Source: Paraspadella gotoi
Taxonomy: Eukaryota; Animalia; Chaetognatha
Reading direction: 5' to 3'
Length of the DNA: 8,768 nucleotides
NCBI GenBank assembly: GCA_051294375.1
Contig: JBJCIZ010001456.1
Coordinates: 1 to 8,768, forward strand
Below the pieces are notes generated by a model. That model searched no databases. It had not been told where the DNA came from and was given only the letters and a program-made list of their open reading frames with translations. Positions within the stretch are counted from its first letter, which is position 1; every line of letters begins with the position of its first letter. Made by a program: the position numbers and the translations under genes. Below are positions 1 to 7,896 of the stretch, in pieces.

Positions 1-110
1 TCATCAGCGCAAAAACGAATTGAGTTGTGAAACAAATATTTTTACCGACTCTCTATTCAAACTTTGTGAAAATATTTGTTTTATAAATCAATTCGTTTTT
101 GCGTTTATGA
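1..110. repeat. Imperfect palindrome: 45-bp inverted arms around a 20-nt loop
   Basis: 1-45 (tcatcagcgcaaaaacgaattgagttgtgaaacaaatatttttac) vs the reverse complement of 66-110 (tcataaacgcaaaaacgaattgatttataaaacaaatattttcac): 39/45 identical, ungapped. May extend beyond the window start. Confidence 0.93.
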
Positions 111-258
111 AGTCTTACATTGAAGCCGGATTATGTCCGAAATTTATAGTTCATAATAAAACTCGTTGTACATAAACAATTCATTTTCTACCTTAAACAA
201 ATAGCCAAAATGAAAGGAAAATAAATAATATTTTTATATTTTTTAAACGGTAAGCAAT

Positions 259-302
259 GGGGTTAGGGGTAGTTAGGGATTAGGGGTAGTTAGGGTTAGG
301 GG
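259..302 (+). repeat. Short TTAGGG(G) cluster, G-quadruplex-capable
   Basis: TTAGGG at 263, 273, 280, 290 and 296, arranged as ~2.4 copies of a ~17-bp unit ttaggggtagttaggg(a); six G-runs of 3 or more. Confidence 0.85.
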
Positions 303-702
303 AGGTTTCGAAATGAAATTTATGATATAAAGATTTTCTACCCTTACCAGTATTATTTATTTTTGCGTAATGAGATTTCTATTTGTCGGCGAATATAAAA
401 AAAGCCAACTAAAGGGTTTTTTACAAACTATATATTTTATTATTATTATTTTTTTTTACTAATTTTGGTGTTTGATAATCTACATAAATCTGAAAATATT
501 ATATAATTATTGGGAGGGGGTTGTTAGGGTTATCTTCTGGAAATGGAGGGAGCATCTATGCAACACAAGGTTACATTATTTCCTGCTCTACTAGTTTTCT
601 AAATAGATATCACATATCATTTCTGTAAGAAAATCATTAATTACATATAAGTCATATAAGTCATATTTAAAAAATAATTTTGAAAATTTTGAATATGTGG
701 CG

Positions 703-727
703 NNNNNNNNNNNNNNNNNNNNNNNNN
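703..727. other. Assembly gap (25 N)
   Basis: 25 consecutive N. Composition changes from very AT-rich on the left to mixed/GC-richer on the right. Confidence 0.99.
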
Positions 728-954
728 AGCGGTTGTTCTTTTGGCTTATATAGCTAGTAGTTGTAGCTGGGAAAGTTCACCCCCGCCTTATAAGCATTGA
801 CTCCTTCAACGTGACGCCGTTCTTAGTTAGTTCATTGGAGCTAATACCATACTCTAATGCACCATTAGTAACTCGGCATCGATCCCCATGACCTCACTGC
901 TGTGAAGACTGACGATCGACCGGTAACCGCCTTGAGGGTCTCCTGTGGTAACTC

Positions 955-1457
955 TTTTAGGATACCTCTAGGACACGCTTTCACTTGTTTAATGAATGGG
1001 ATATGGATAGTAATTTTCATTCCTCCCACTTGTAGGCTGCATTCTCAACATACGTGAGTTTGTAGAGCCTATGCCTGCTTAAGCGCTATTCTCAACCTGT
1101 GAATCCAGGCCCTTATTGGACATTGGTGAAGCAATTGACTATCGTATCTTCTGAGTTACTGTGGGTCGAACTACTAGACTGCTAGAGGGGCGGAAGCTGT
1201 TTCATTCAGCCTCCAGTTAGCGCCTATCACCTACTGGATGCGATAGACTGTTACTTAGGCCAAAGACATGCTTCACTCAATTACCGTTTCGATATACGTT
1301 TAAACTCCGATCTCAAGGCTGTGATTTATTTTTTTATTTACAAGATTAGAAAAGCTATCGAAGCCTATCCAAATAATTAACCATCTAATATGTTTTTTAA
1401 AATCATGAGTGTTGCTCGTTGAGCATTAATTTTTAAATGGAAGAAACTCTGGTTACA
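955..1457 (+). repeat. Left copy of LTR-like direct repeat (putative 5' LTR)
   Basis: 955-1077 aligns collinearly with 8658-8768 (exact blocks tctagga, atatggatagtaat 1001-1014/8703-8716, cccactt, gcattctcaaca 1039-1050/8733-8744, gtgagt). The right boundary is inferred only from ...GGTTACA (1451-1457) followed by TGG at 1464; it cannot be confirmed because the second copy is cut by the window. Confidence 0.6.
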
Positions 1458-1466
1458 TTTATTTGG

Positions 1467-1498
1467 ATTCTCTATATCGGTCCGCCTCGCCACGAGAA
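1467..1498 (+). repeat. ~30-bp terminal motif, forward copy F1 (DIRS terminus-like)
   Basis: attctctatatcggtccgcctcgccacgagaa; recurs forward at 2596-2624 and inverted at 2543-2574. Confidence 0.85.
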
Positions 1499-1851
1499 CG
1501 CTCTTTGTTCGGGCTAGTCGATAGATCGCGCGTTATTCAGAGTAAGAAAAACGGAACACTTAAGATAACCATGTCGATTAGATGAAAAAAAGAAAATCCA
1601 GGGGAAGCCGTCACAGTGACGGCCTCGACCATGGAGACCCCCGGCAAATCCCAAGCCGGCTCCCTCCTCATCCGGGTATACGGAAGCCTCAATTCTTTTT
1701 ATCTTCAGGCGCATAGTTTTCGGTTGCTTATAGTCACCAATTTTGAATATGTCGCGTTTTTATCTTCGGATTTTTAGATTTTTTTCGTGATTCATCTTCG
1801 TAAGATATCCGCATCGATTCGACCTCCTTTGAATCGCGTCTCAGGTATTCA

Positions 1852-2520
1852 GTAGAGACGACGTTCGGAAAGAAGGTCCGACATGGCCCGAAACCACCTG
1901 TCTCTGGACATGTCTCTAGAACTAGTCGTAGAGACGGGATTCGGATTCTGACTTTCCTGGGCGCTGCTTGAGAGGACTCCAAGAGAGACCGATAGCGTCT
2001 CGCTCCCCAGCCGCCTGCCCCACCGACACCGCGCTTCTCCCCCTTTTACCGTCGGTTTTCGGCAGCCCAAGTTCCGTCGGTTTTGGGAGCTCGGCCCGTA
2101 CCAACCGACAATTACGTTGCCCGGCCCGACAGGTGGGGCTTTTGTCACGAGCGCACCTCTGCTCCTGCTCTCGTTACCACAGTGGCGGGACCCCCTCGTC
2201 TGGTCCATCCCCATGCCCGGATGACGTGACCAGAGACTGGAGGCTCTGTCCTGTACGAGATGGTTTCGTCATCTGAACAGCTTTAGGAAGGATTCGACAA
2301 GTCGCCGCGATGTCCAGGGCGTTTCGACGCTTTGGGAGCGTAGTTTCCCGCCAGAATGGGTAGTGGGGTTTAGCCTCGTTTTTAAAGCCGTCCTCCCTTT
2401 TTGTTTTCCTTTATTTCTTTCTTTCTTTTTCTCGAATTATTCGATTTTGTAATTTTAGAATTTTTTATTTCGTCTGTCCTTCGATCGAAATAATATTTGT
2501 TGAATATAACCGCTTCCTAG
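1852..2520 (+). pseudogene. DIRS-type tyrosine recombinase, catalytic half, frameshifted
   Basis: Ordered motifs across frames: VETTFGKKVRHGPKPP (1852; cf. V..F.KG....P), W(D)MSLEL (1905, needs 1 indel; cf. P.WDL..VL), TFLGAA-LR..E (1951; cf. FL.A...R.SE), LLPSVF-PK, ITLP (~2111), exact LCPVR (2244-2258; cf. LCPVRAL), VS....W-like (~2343-2365). The HxxR region is not recognisable and is replaced by a T-rich tract (~2394-2470). Confidence 0.62.
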
Positions 2521-2542
2521 CCTCTTGCCAGATGGCCGTGCA

Positions 2543-2624
2543 TTTCGTGCGAGAGCGGACCGATAATGAGAATTTTTAATTCCTTTAGGAATATTAATTC
2601 TATATCGGTCGCCTCGCCACGAAA
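2543..2624. repeat. 82-bp palindrome of inverted + forward terminal motif; DIRS ICR/junction-like
   Basis: tttcgtgcgagagcggaccgataatgagaatt (2543-2574) pairs with aattctatatcggtcgcctcgccacgaaa (2596-2624). The spacer holds an inner hairpin attcct-tt-aggaat (2579-2592). It lies directly 3' of the YR remnant, where DIRS1-like elements carry the internal complementary region. Confidence 0.8.
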
Positions 2625-2752
2625 CCCACGATTCCCGCCCTTTTGTTCAGCTCCATGTTTTTTCGTGCTTTGGCGTGCTAGGCGAAAGGGGTGGGGAGAA
2701 GGGAGGGGGGGGGTTGGGAGTTTTTTTGTTAATTCTCCGCTAATTTTTACCG

Positions 2753-3290
2753 CTCATACGTTTTTTAACATGTGACGATTTCCAATATCGGTCGGTTTTC
2801 TCTCCCACTACGCTTCGCCTGCGTTTCGAAGAGTCCTCGAACTTCCTCTCCATGCATGTGTTCCGTACTCCATGTAGGGGCCCCTCTCAATCGGGCGCCC
2901 GCTGGACGTCATCACGGCGTCTCGCCTCTACCAAGCGTCATCCGATGCCACACGATGCCGGATATCGGACGCCAAGTACTCCTCGATTACGGAGGAAGGA
3001 GGGATAAGTTTTCGTTGCCTTCGGATTGCACCGACGTCGTGCGTGTTTTTCGACGGCTTCTGCCCGACGGCGGTCAGCCGCGAGTTTCCAGGTTTCGTTA
3101 CTGTGCGTTCCTTCGCTAGGCGTTTGGGAAGGGGTCTTCCTCCGCCAACTGGAACTCGCTGGGACGCCCAGCCGATAACTGCCAGTATACGCCACTGGAT
3201 CGATCGTTCGCTTTCTTCCGGAGTTCACCGGCTGTCGACTGCCGAACAGTGCTTCTCGCTCCAATTCAGTCGGCGTTCTCAAAGCCGTGG
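2753..3290 (+). pseudogene. DIRS-type reverse transcriptase remnant (C-terminal part and tether)
   Basis: LIRFLTCDDFQYR (2753-2791; cf. LRF...G..YQF), SPRTSSPCMCSVL (cf. SPRVFTKCM..L), LDVITAS (~2902, degenerate YLDD position), QVLLDYGG..DKFSLP, WDAQPITASIRHWIDRSLSSGV (cf. WD....L.WW....L..G). Some spacings are shorter than expected. Confidence 0.5.
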
Positions 3291-3850
3291 ATTAACTGCG
3301 GTACTAATTTGTTTTTTGCTTCCTCATCGCTGCTGTCTTTCTTTGATTGTCAGTATGCAGAGAGAACCGGAAATGCCTATCTCTCCGCGTATTGTCTAAT
3401 TAACCTACATGTCATTGGACTTCGCTCGTATTATATTGCAGTCTAGCTGTCCGTGAAATACCTGAATGTTGGACTTTCTCCCGTCTGCCGGAATCGTCCA
3501 AGATATGAGGTCGCGTGGCGTCGAACTCTGCCAAGAAATTCACTTGTTCTTTCGCCTTCTGTGCTCGCGTATGCTAAGGACCTCATCTCACTTTTTTTGC
3601 GCGTCTCTCATTAACCTTCCTTTCAGGTTCGTGGCTCGTAGTTCTCGTCTACTCTTGCTCTTGTCACCAGAACTGTTCTGGTTTGCTCTAAGTTCCCACC
3701 GCATTCTTCATCTTTTTTGGTATGCTATTCAAGGTGTAAGCGAATATAATACATTAAGAAGTGGAATCGAAAGAGACATGCCTGCTCAGATTCGACGCTC
3801 TACGAAATTGTCCGGCATCGGCAACCCCGCTGCGACAAGCGTCCGTTCAT
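3291..3850 (+). pseudogene. DIRS-type RNase H remnant interrupted by four putative short introns
   Basis: After removing 3301-3353, 3389-3441, 3569-3626 and 3681-3733: LT(A)-YAERTGNAYL (cf. TDAS..GWGA.L), CWT, GVEL..IHLFFRLL (cf. LEL.A...F..L), VLVYS..NCSGVSEY (cf. V.V..DN.T.V.Y), LSGIGNPAA(DKASR) (cf. HIPG..N..AD.LSR). At least one frameshift remains near 3505. Confidence 0.5.
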
Positions 3851-3916
3851 TTTTCCGCTCGAAGTTTCCTTCAAAGGATCATAAGTGGACTCAAGAGTCT
3901 GTCCCGCTAAGAAGTT

Positions 3917-4170
3917 GTGGAGACGGGAATGGCCGGATTCGCAATCCCGAGCGATATGAATCGAAATCGCCTTCCTACGCTAGTGTCGTCGCTCTTTGTC
4001 CGTATCGCCCAGGTTTTTGTTAGGTCTGGGATTCCGACCGCACCCAATGGGACTCGAGAGTTCTCGAACACGTGGACCTTTCCCTCCGCAGCCACAGCTT
4101 ATCAGTTCCCGAGAATCGCCCATCGGAGCCGCAGTCAGGGCTATCGTTCCTTACACCTTGAGAAATCTCG
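3917..4170 (+). pseudogene. DIRS-associated DNA N6-adenine methyltransferase-like domain remnant
   Basis: GFAIPSDMNRNRLPTLVS (cf. DLFAS..N.KLP.F.S) and WTF/FPPQPQLI-FPRIAHRSRSQG (cf. YAFPP..LIPRVL.K.R). Located right after RNase H, as in DIRS pol. Confidence 0.55.
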
Positions 4171-4194
4171 AGGATGAGGACGACAGTCCCACGG

Positions 4195-4382
4195 ACCGTT
4201 TTGTAGCGACGCCGAATCAAATTCGTCGATATAATCACTTCTCGGAGATGAACAGCAAGAATTTCGACTCCGTAGAAGTGTGGCGGAAGCAGTTCTCAGT
4301 CACCGACTTCCTTCGTCCCTTGGGCACGGCCCGACCTTTTTCGACCTTTTACGTCTTCATTTGTAGGGTGGAAACTCGGTAA
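4195..4382 (+). pseudogene. Tyrosine recombinase N-terminal (SAM-like) domain remnant, truncated
   Basis: In ORF 3996-4382: VATPNQIRRYN..F...W...SVTDFLRPLGTARPFSTFYVFI (cf. A..ST.R.Y...W..F..W....FL..L...G...ST.KVY.SAI). Expected position after the MT domain. Ends at a stop followed by an A-rich tract (~4420-4510). Confidence 0.5.
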
Positions 4383-4728
4383 CTTCGCCTTGTCGACACG
4401 CGGATGATTAGCCTGCTCGAACAAAAAACAAAAGAACAAAGAGATTTGAAAAAAAGAAAAAAAAGAGGACCGCACAATCAGAGGATCACAGTCAAATCCA
4501 AAAAAAAAAAGGTTTCAGACAGAGGTTCATTTCAAAATGTTTCCTCGTTAACGGAAAGTGAAACATGGAGGCTGGCGCCCACTATTTTGAACTTAAAAGT
4601 AGCTCAACATCTCGTTCCTTTCGCCGCCTCTATTTGCCGAGGGGAAGAAGGCACCCGACTTACGAAGGATGGTTCGACGTAGGCCACGAGAAAGTTCATT
4701 GGGAAGGCCTCGGAATTAGGCCTCCGAG

Positions 4729-5700
4729 ATGATTCTCCCTTCTCGCGATCACGGAGGGACATCCGAATTTTTGCGCTTGGGAAGGGCCGGCCCTTCTACC
4801 AGTACAGAAGCCTTCTATTTCGGGAATAGTGTCACTTCTCCGACGGCCTGCAACCCAAAAGAGCGACACGGGAACTCATCTCTACGGCATTGGTCTTCAT
4901 CCGCCTATCCTGATCTTCTCGTTCTCTCTTTTTCTCGGATCTTCCCTTCTCACTATTGCTCAGATGGCTTCCTGATCCTGCGTTCTCTCTCTCCGTGCTC
5001 TGGACCTTCTCCCTCTTCTGTGCTTCGTACTGCAGCCCGACCTCGGGAAGCGGCTCGCACTCTACCCTTCATAACATGAGGCGTCTTTCGAGCCCGATCC
5101 CTCGGGACATTCGCCCTCGTTCAGAGCCGATTGGATCACAGACTCTCGATTGTCGCTGGACAGCCGTGCTCCCACTTCGCATCCCCGCTCCCCGGCCCAC
5201 ATTTGCGGTAACCAAGTCAACGACTTCGGCTCTCCGTTGCATTGGAGGATCTGTGGTGGACCGAGGTCACGAATTCTCGCCACACGTGGTCGCTCGTGAC
5301 AGTGCCTTCAGCTTCTAGCGGCTTTCTATCGGTACCGGCGGCGGTCTGGCTATGTCTCCGCTGCTTACTGAGGTCGAGGACTTTAGCGATGACGTATCGG
5401 TTACATGTCGAGGTATTCTGAGGTCTGGTGCTCTACCTCGGTATGGAAGAGCGAATTCAGAGGAAAGATCCAAAGTCTCCTCACCTCTGAACTTTCAGCG
5501 GACAGTCTTGCACTCTCTCTGCTCTCTCGTCTCTCTGCTGCGATCGTCAGCATTTCTCTCCTAACCCAGCGTCTTTCTTCTCTCTCGCTTCTGCGTGCTG
5601 ATCTTCCTCCCTGACCCTCTCCTCCTCGGTAGGGTCTCTCTTGCACCGCTGGACTCTCTCTTCTCTCTCTGGGCTGACCGAATCGGGATGTCCTTCGGTT
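4729..5700 (+). pseudogene. Possible gag (ORF1) N-terminal/low-complexity region
   Basis: CT-rich + strand translating to Ser/Arg/Pro-rich text (RSLSPCSGPSPSS, RRLSSPIPRDIRPRS), typical of DIRS ORF1 linkers. It follows a degenerate terminal motif at 4669-4692. No intact Cys/His finger is visible. Confidence 0.22.
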
Positions 5701-6675
5701 CCGTAGTGGAGCCATGGGTTTCTTCATTATCATATCAGGGAACACAAACTCGAATCCCGTGATGGAACATTCCTTCTTATCAAGGAATTCACCTGCTCAA
5801 GATTTCTGTGCGGATAATGCACCCTTCTCCTTTTCTGGCCTGAAAGCGGAGTTCACTTGGAACCACTACGTTATTTCGTTACGAAAAAATTGGCGTTGGA
5901 AGCTCCTCCACACGGTTTCGACGTTCCATAGTTAGGAAGAACGGGACACACGCTTCGATCTCTCTCCCCTGCAATGTCTATAAATCTAGATGATCGCCAC
6001 GATTTGTCTGTGTGTCCATTTGTTATTGTGATTACGAGTATACTGCTTGTCTATTTATTTTTCACATTTGTAATTTACTGTTTAAGTCCTCTCCTGTCAA
6101 TCATTCTACATTTCTGGAGGGGTTAATAGGGGCAGATTGTCTTCGTATCTCTCGAATTTACTTGATGACCAGGCCGCTGCCGTGATCGATGGGCTCGTCG
6201 GCTGCTTTATAAATAAGCATAATGAAAATACAGCATTTATGCTAATTGGTAGTGCGGTATATACATTGAATGCTGCTTTTACGAGAGATATTTTCTCTCA
6301 CAGATAAATGGGCCGAGATTTATTTTTATAACTCGTTGAGATTCTCCCTCTAATTTTGATACGGTATAATGAGCATAATCGATTTCTGCCTAATTTTTTT
6401 TCTTTCGATGCGGAACTTCCCCCTGTTAGAGCGTTTCGGGACTAGTATCTAAATCGTTTTTCGATCCGTTTGCGAATTGTGCTCTGGTACCTGAATCTGT
6501 TAACTTTCATTGTTTATGTCATGGCGTTTACTTCTGGACAGTGGGTGGATAACCATCGAGCGCTGTTGCGCAATCCATGACGTCTTCGACTTCTGGCCTT
6601 ATTTCCTCCTCCCCTTATGACACCTCGTTTATGTATTTGTGTCGTGATCGCAAGCTGGAGAGAGGCGAGGGCTCC

Positions 6676-7450
6676 CTTCCCTATCACCCTTGGCCGCTCA
6701 GAAGTAGTGGATTCCAGAGCCTCCTTTTTCCTCGGTTTTGGCGGACGCGCAGGCGCCCTTCGTGTCACAGCTTAGATAACAACCCTCTGTCGTGACTAAT
6801 GTGTCAAATCTCGCGACGCAACCGCTCCCAGCGGAATCCGCTTATCGCAGGACTTCTGAACGTCGCATGGAAAGTTATTCTTAGGCGCTCGGTTCCAGCT
6901 ATACACCTCATAACGACATCGAGCGACTCCACTTACGCTCATCGTCGACAGCGTGGCGGGAGGGCTCTTACCAGGAGAGCTACGCCAGAGGGTGTGTGAG
7001 CTTCCCTTACTTGAGCGACCCTCCTTCAGGAAGGGTTGACGAAAGTGTCCATCAGCGACGGGGACTACTATCAAGCCCGTGGCAAGGCTACCCGCTAGAC
7101 TCAATAGGACGAGGATTGTCTCGTACGTAAGGCGAGTGACACTCTCACCTGGACAGAATTTCTCGGACCTGGTGCGAGAAGGCGGTAGGGGGGCGCCGCT
7201 CTGCGGATACAAGAAACGCGCGAATCGCAACCTTTCATCTAAGGTTATTCGGCCATTCTAAGCTGCATCTCTCCGCCCACCTGGCCGAAGGAGGGGGAAA
7301 TCGCGCTAGGTATGTGAGAAGTAAAGACCTGTAGTGTATCCAGAAGAGATATTCTCAGAGGAAAAAAAAGAGTAGGTTTCATGGAAGAACGCCCTGCCCT
7401 GCGCGCCAAGGCATCATCCACGTTGGATAAGCCAAACGGCCCTCCATGTG
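6676..7450 (+). pseudogene. DIRS gag-like (ORF1) C-terminal domain remnant
   Basis: Ordered motifs LPYHP (6676)..W..P, PSVVTNVSNLATQPLP (6783-6830; cf. P.VD..V..L....P), SERRMES (cf. D++.E), IVSYVRR..L.W (7115-7152; cf. V..RR..WL), QPF..LFGH (7228-7256; cf. LPF....LFG), then a basic tail KRYSQRKKKSRF. Confidence 0.45.
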
Positions 7451-7623
7451 CGTCTCTTTTGTGCAAACCAGCATTATTCTTCGAATCTAAATTCAATACT
7501 TTTGCTCTTTTTCTCTTCTTCTCTGGCGCGTTTTAGCTAACGCGTTCAATTTCTCCTACTTCCCGCCGGTTTTAGCCAGAACAGAAAAGGCAACTTGTGT
7601 AAAGAAGGGAATCGTTAATGCGC

Positions 7624-7850
7624 GTGTGTGTGTGTGTGAGGTGGCTTTTTTCTATCGACGCGTCAACGCCTATATGCTCGGTTTTTGATTCATTCCTCCT
7701 CCTCAGCCTTCCGTCTCTCTGCCCACTTTCTCTCACTGCTTCTGCTCTCTCTCTTCTTTGCCGCTATCCCTCGGTGCGCTCTACTCCTCTTCTCTCCTTC
7801 TCTCGTTTCTCTGTCTCTCTCTCCTGACTCTACCGTGTTCCGTTCTTCCT
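7624..7850 (+). repeat. (GT)7 microsatellite followed by CT-rich low-complexity tract
   Basis: gtgtgtgtgtgtgtg at 7624-7638; near-continuous pyrimidines from ~7690 to 7850. Confidence 0.9.
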
Positions 7851-7896
7851 CGCCTCGTGTCTTATGGGGCTTCCGTTAGCCAAAAAACGGACAAAG

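Noticed and set aside
259-302. True telomere
   Set aside because: Only five interrupted units with ordinary sequence on both sides.
909-940. Hammerhead ribozyme core CTGACGA
   Set aside because: No stem II followed by GAAA.
1464-1480. tggattctctatatcgg as a tRNA-Glu PBS
   Set aside because: Needs two indels plus mismatches and overlaps the repeated terminal motif; cannot be supported by eye.
2785-2793. Fourth copy of terminal motif (atatcggtc)
   Set aside because: A 9-bp match that coincides with the QYRS codons of the RT remnant.
1995-3153. Tandem paralogy between ~1995-2241 and ~2917-3153 (6-9 bp anchors at ~900-925 offset)
   Set aside because: The anchors are short in GC-rich DNA and the two regions resolve as different domains (YR vs RT); likely chance.
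3940-3958. Minus-strand HIARDC zinc-knuckle-like word
   Set aside because: No upstream CxxC, and it overlaps the + strand MT motifs.
3466-4382. Partitivirus-like capsid endogenous viral element (P..I...LSGIGN, GSSSQ)
   Set aside because: The same residues fit RNase H, MT and YR-N motifs in the correct DIRS order; the capsid resemblance was only scattered short words.
4573-4581. tggcgccca as a tRNA-Lys primer-binding site
   Set aside because: Only 9 nt and not adjacent to an LTR end.
4413-4663. Minus-strand intron (GTAAGT at 4663, polypyrimidine-CAG at 4413) of an E/R-rich gene
   Set aside because: No coherent minus-strand protein; the acceptor is explained by the + strand A-rich tract.
5401-5745. 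Minus-strand 114-aa Arg/Glu-rich ORF ending YLDM
   Set aside because: Probable shadow of CT-rich low-complexity DNA; YLDM lacks RT context.
7077-7106. Additional inverted copy of the terminal motif (20/30 ungapped)
   Set aside because: Marginal similarity inside a gag-like coding remnant; a similar weak candidate at ~8554-8577 is also unsupported.
6590-7400. Gypsy DDE integrase (RLNRT..WTEFL..PF.LFG)
   Set aside because: No HHCC finger and wrong D-D35-E spacing; the motifs fit DIRS gag better and precede an RT.
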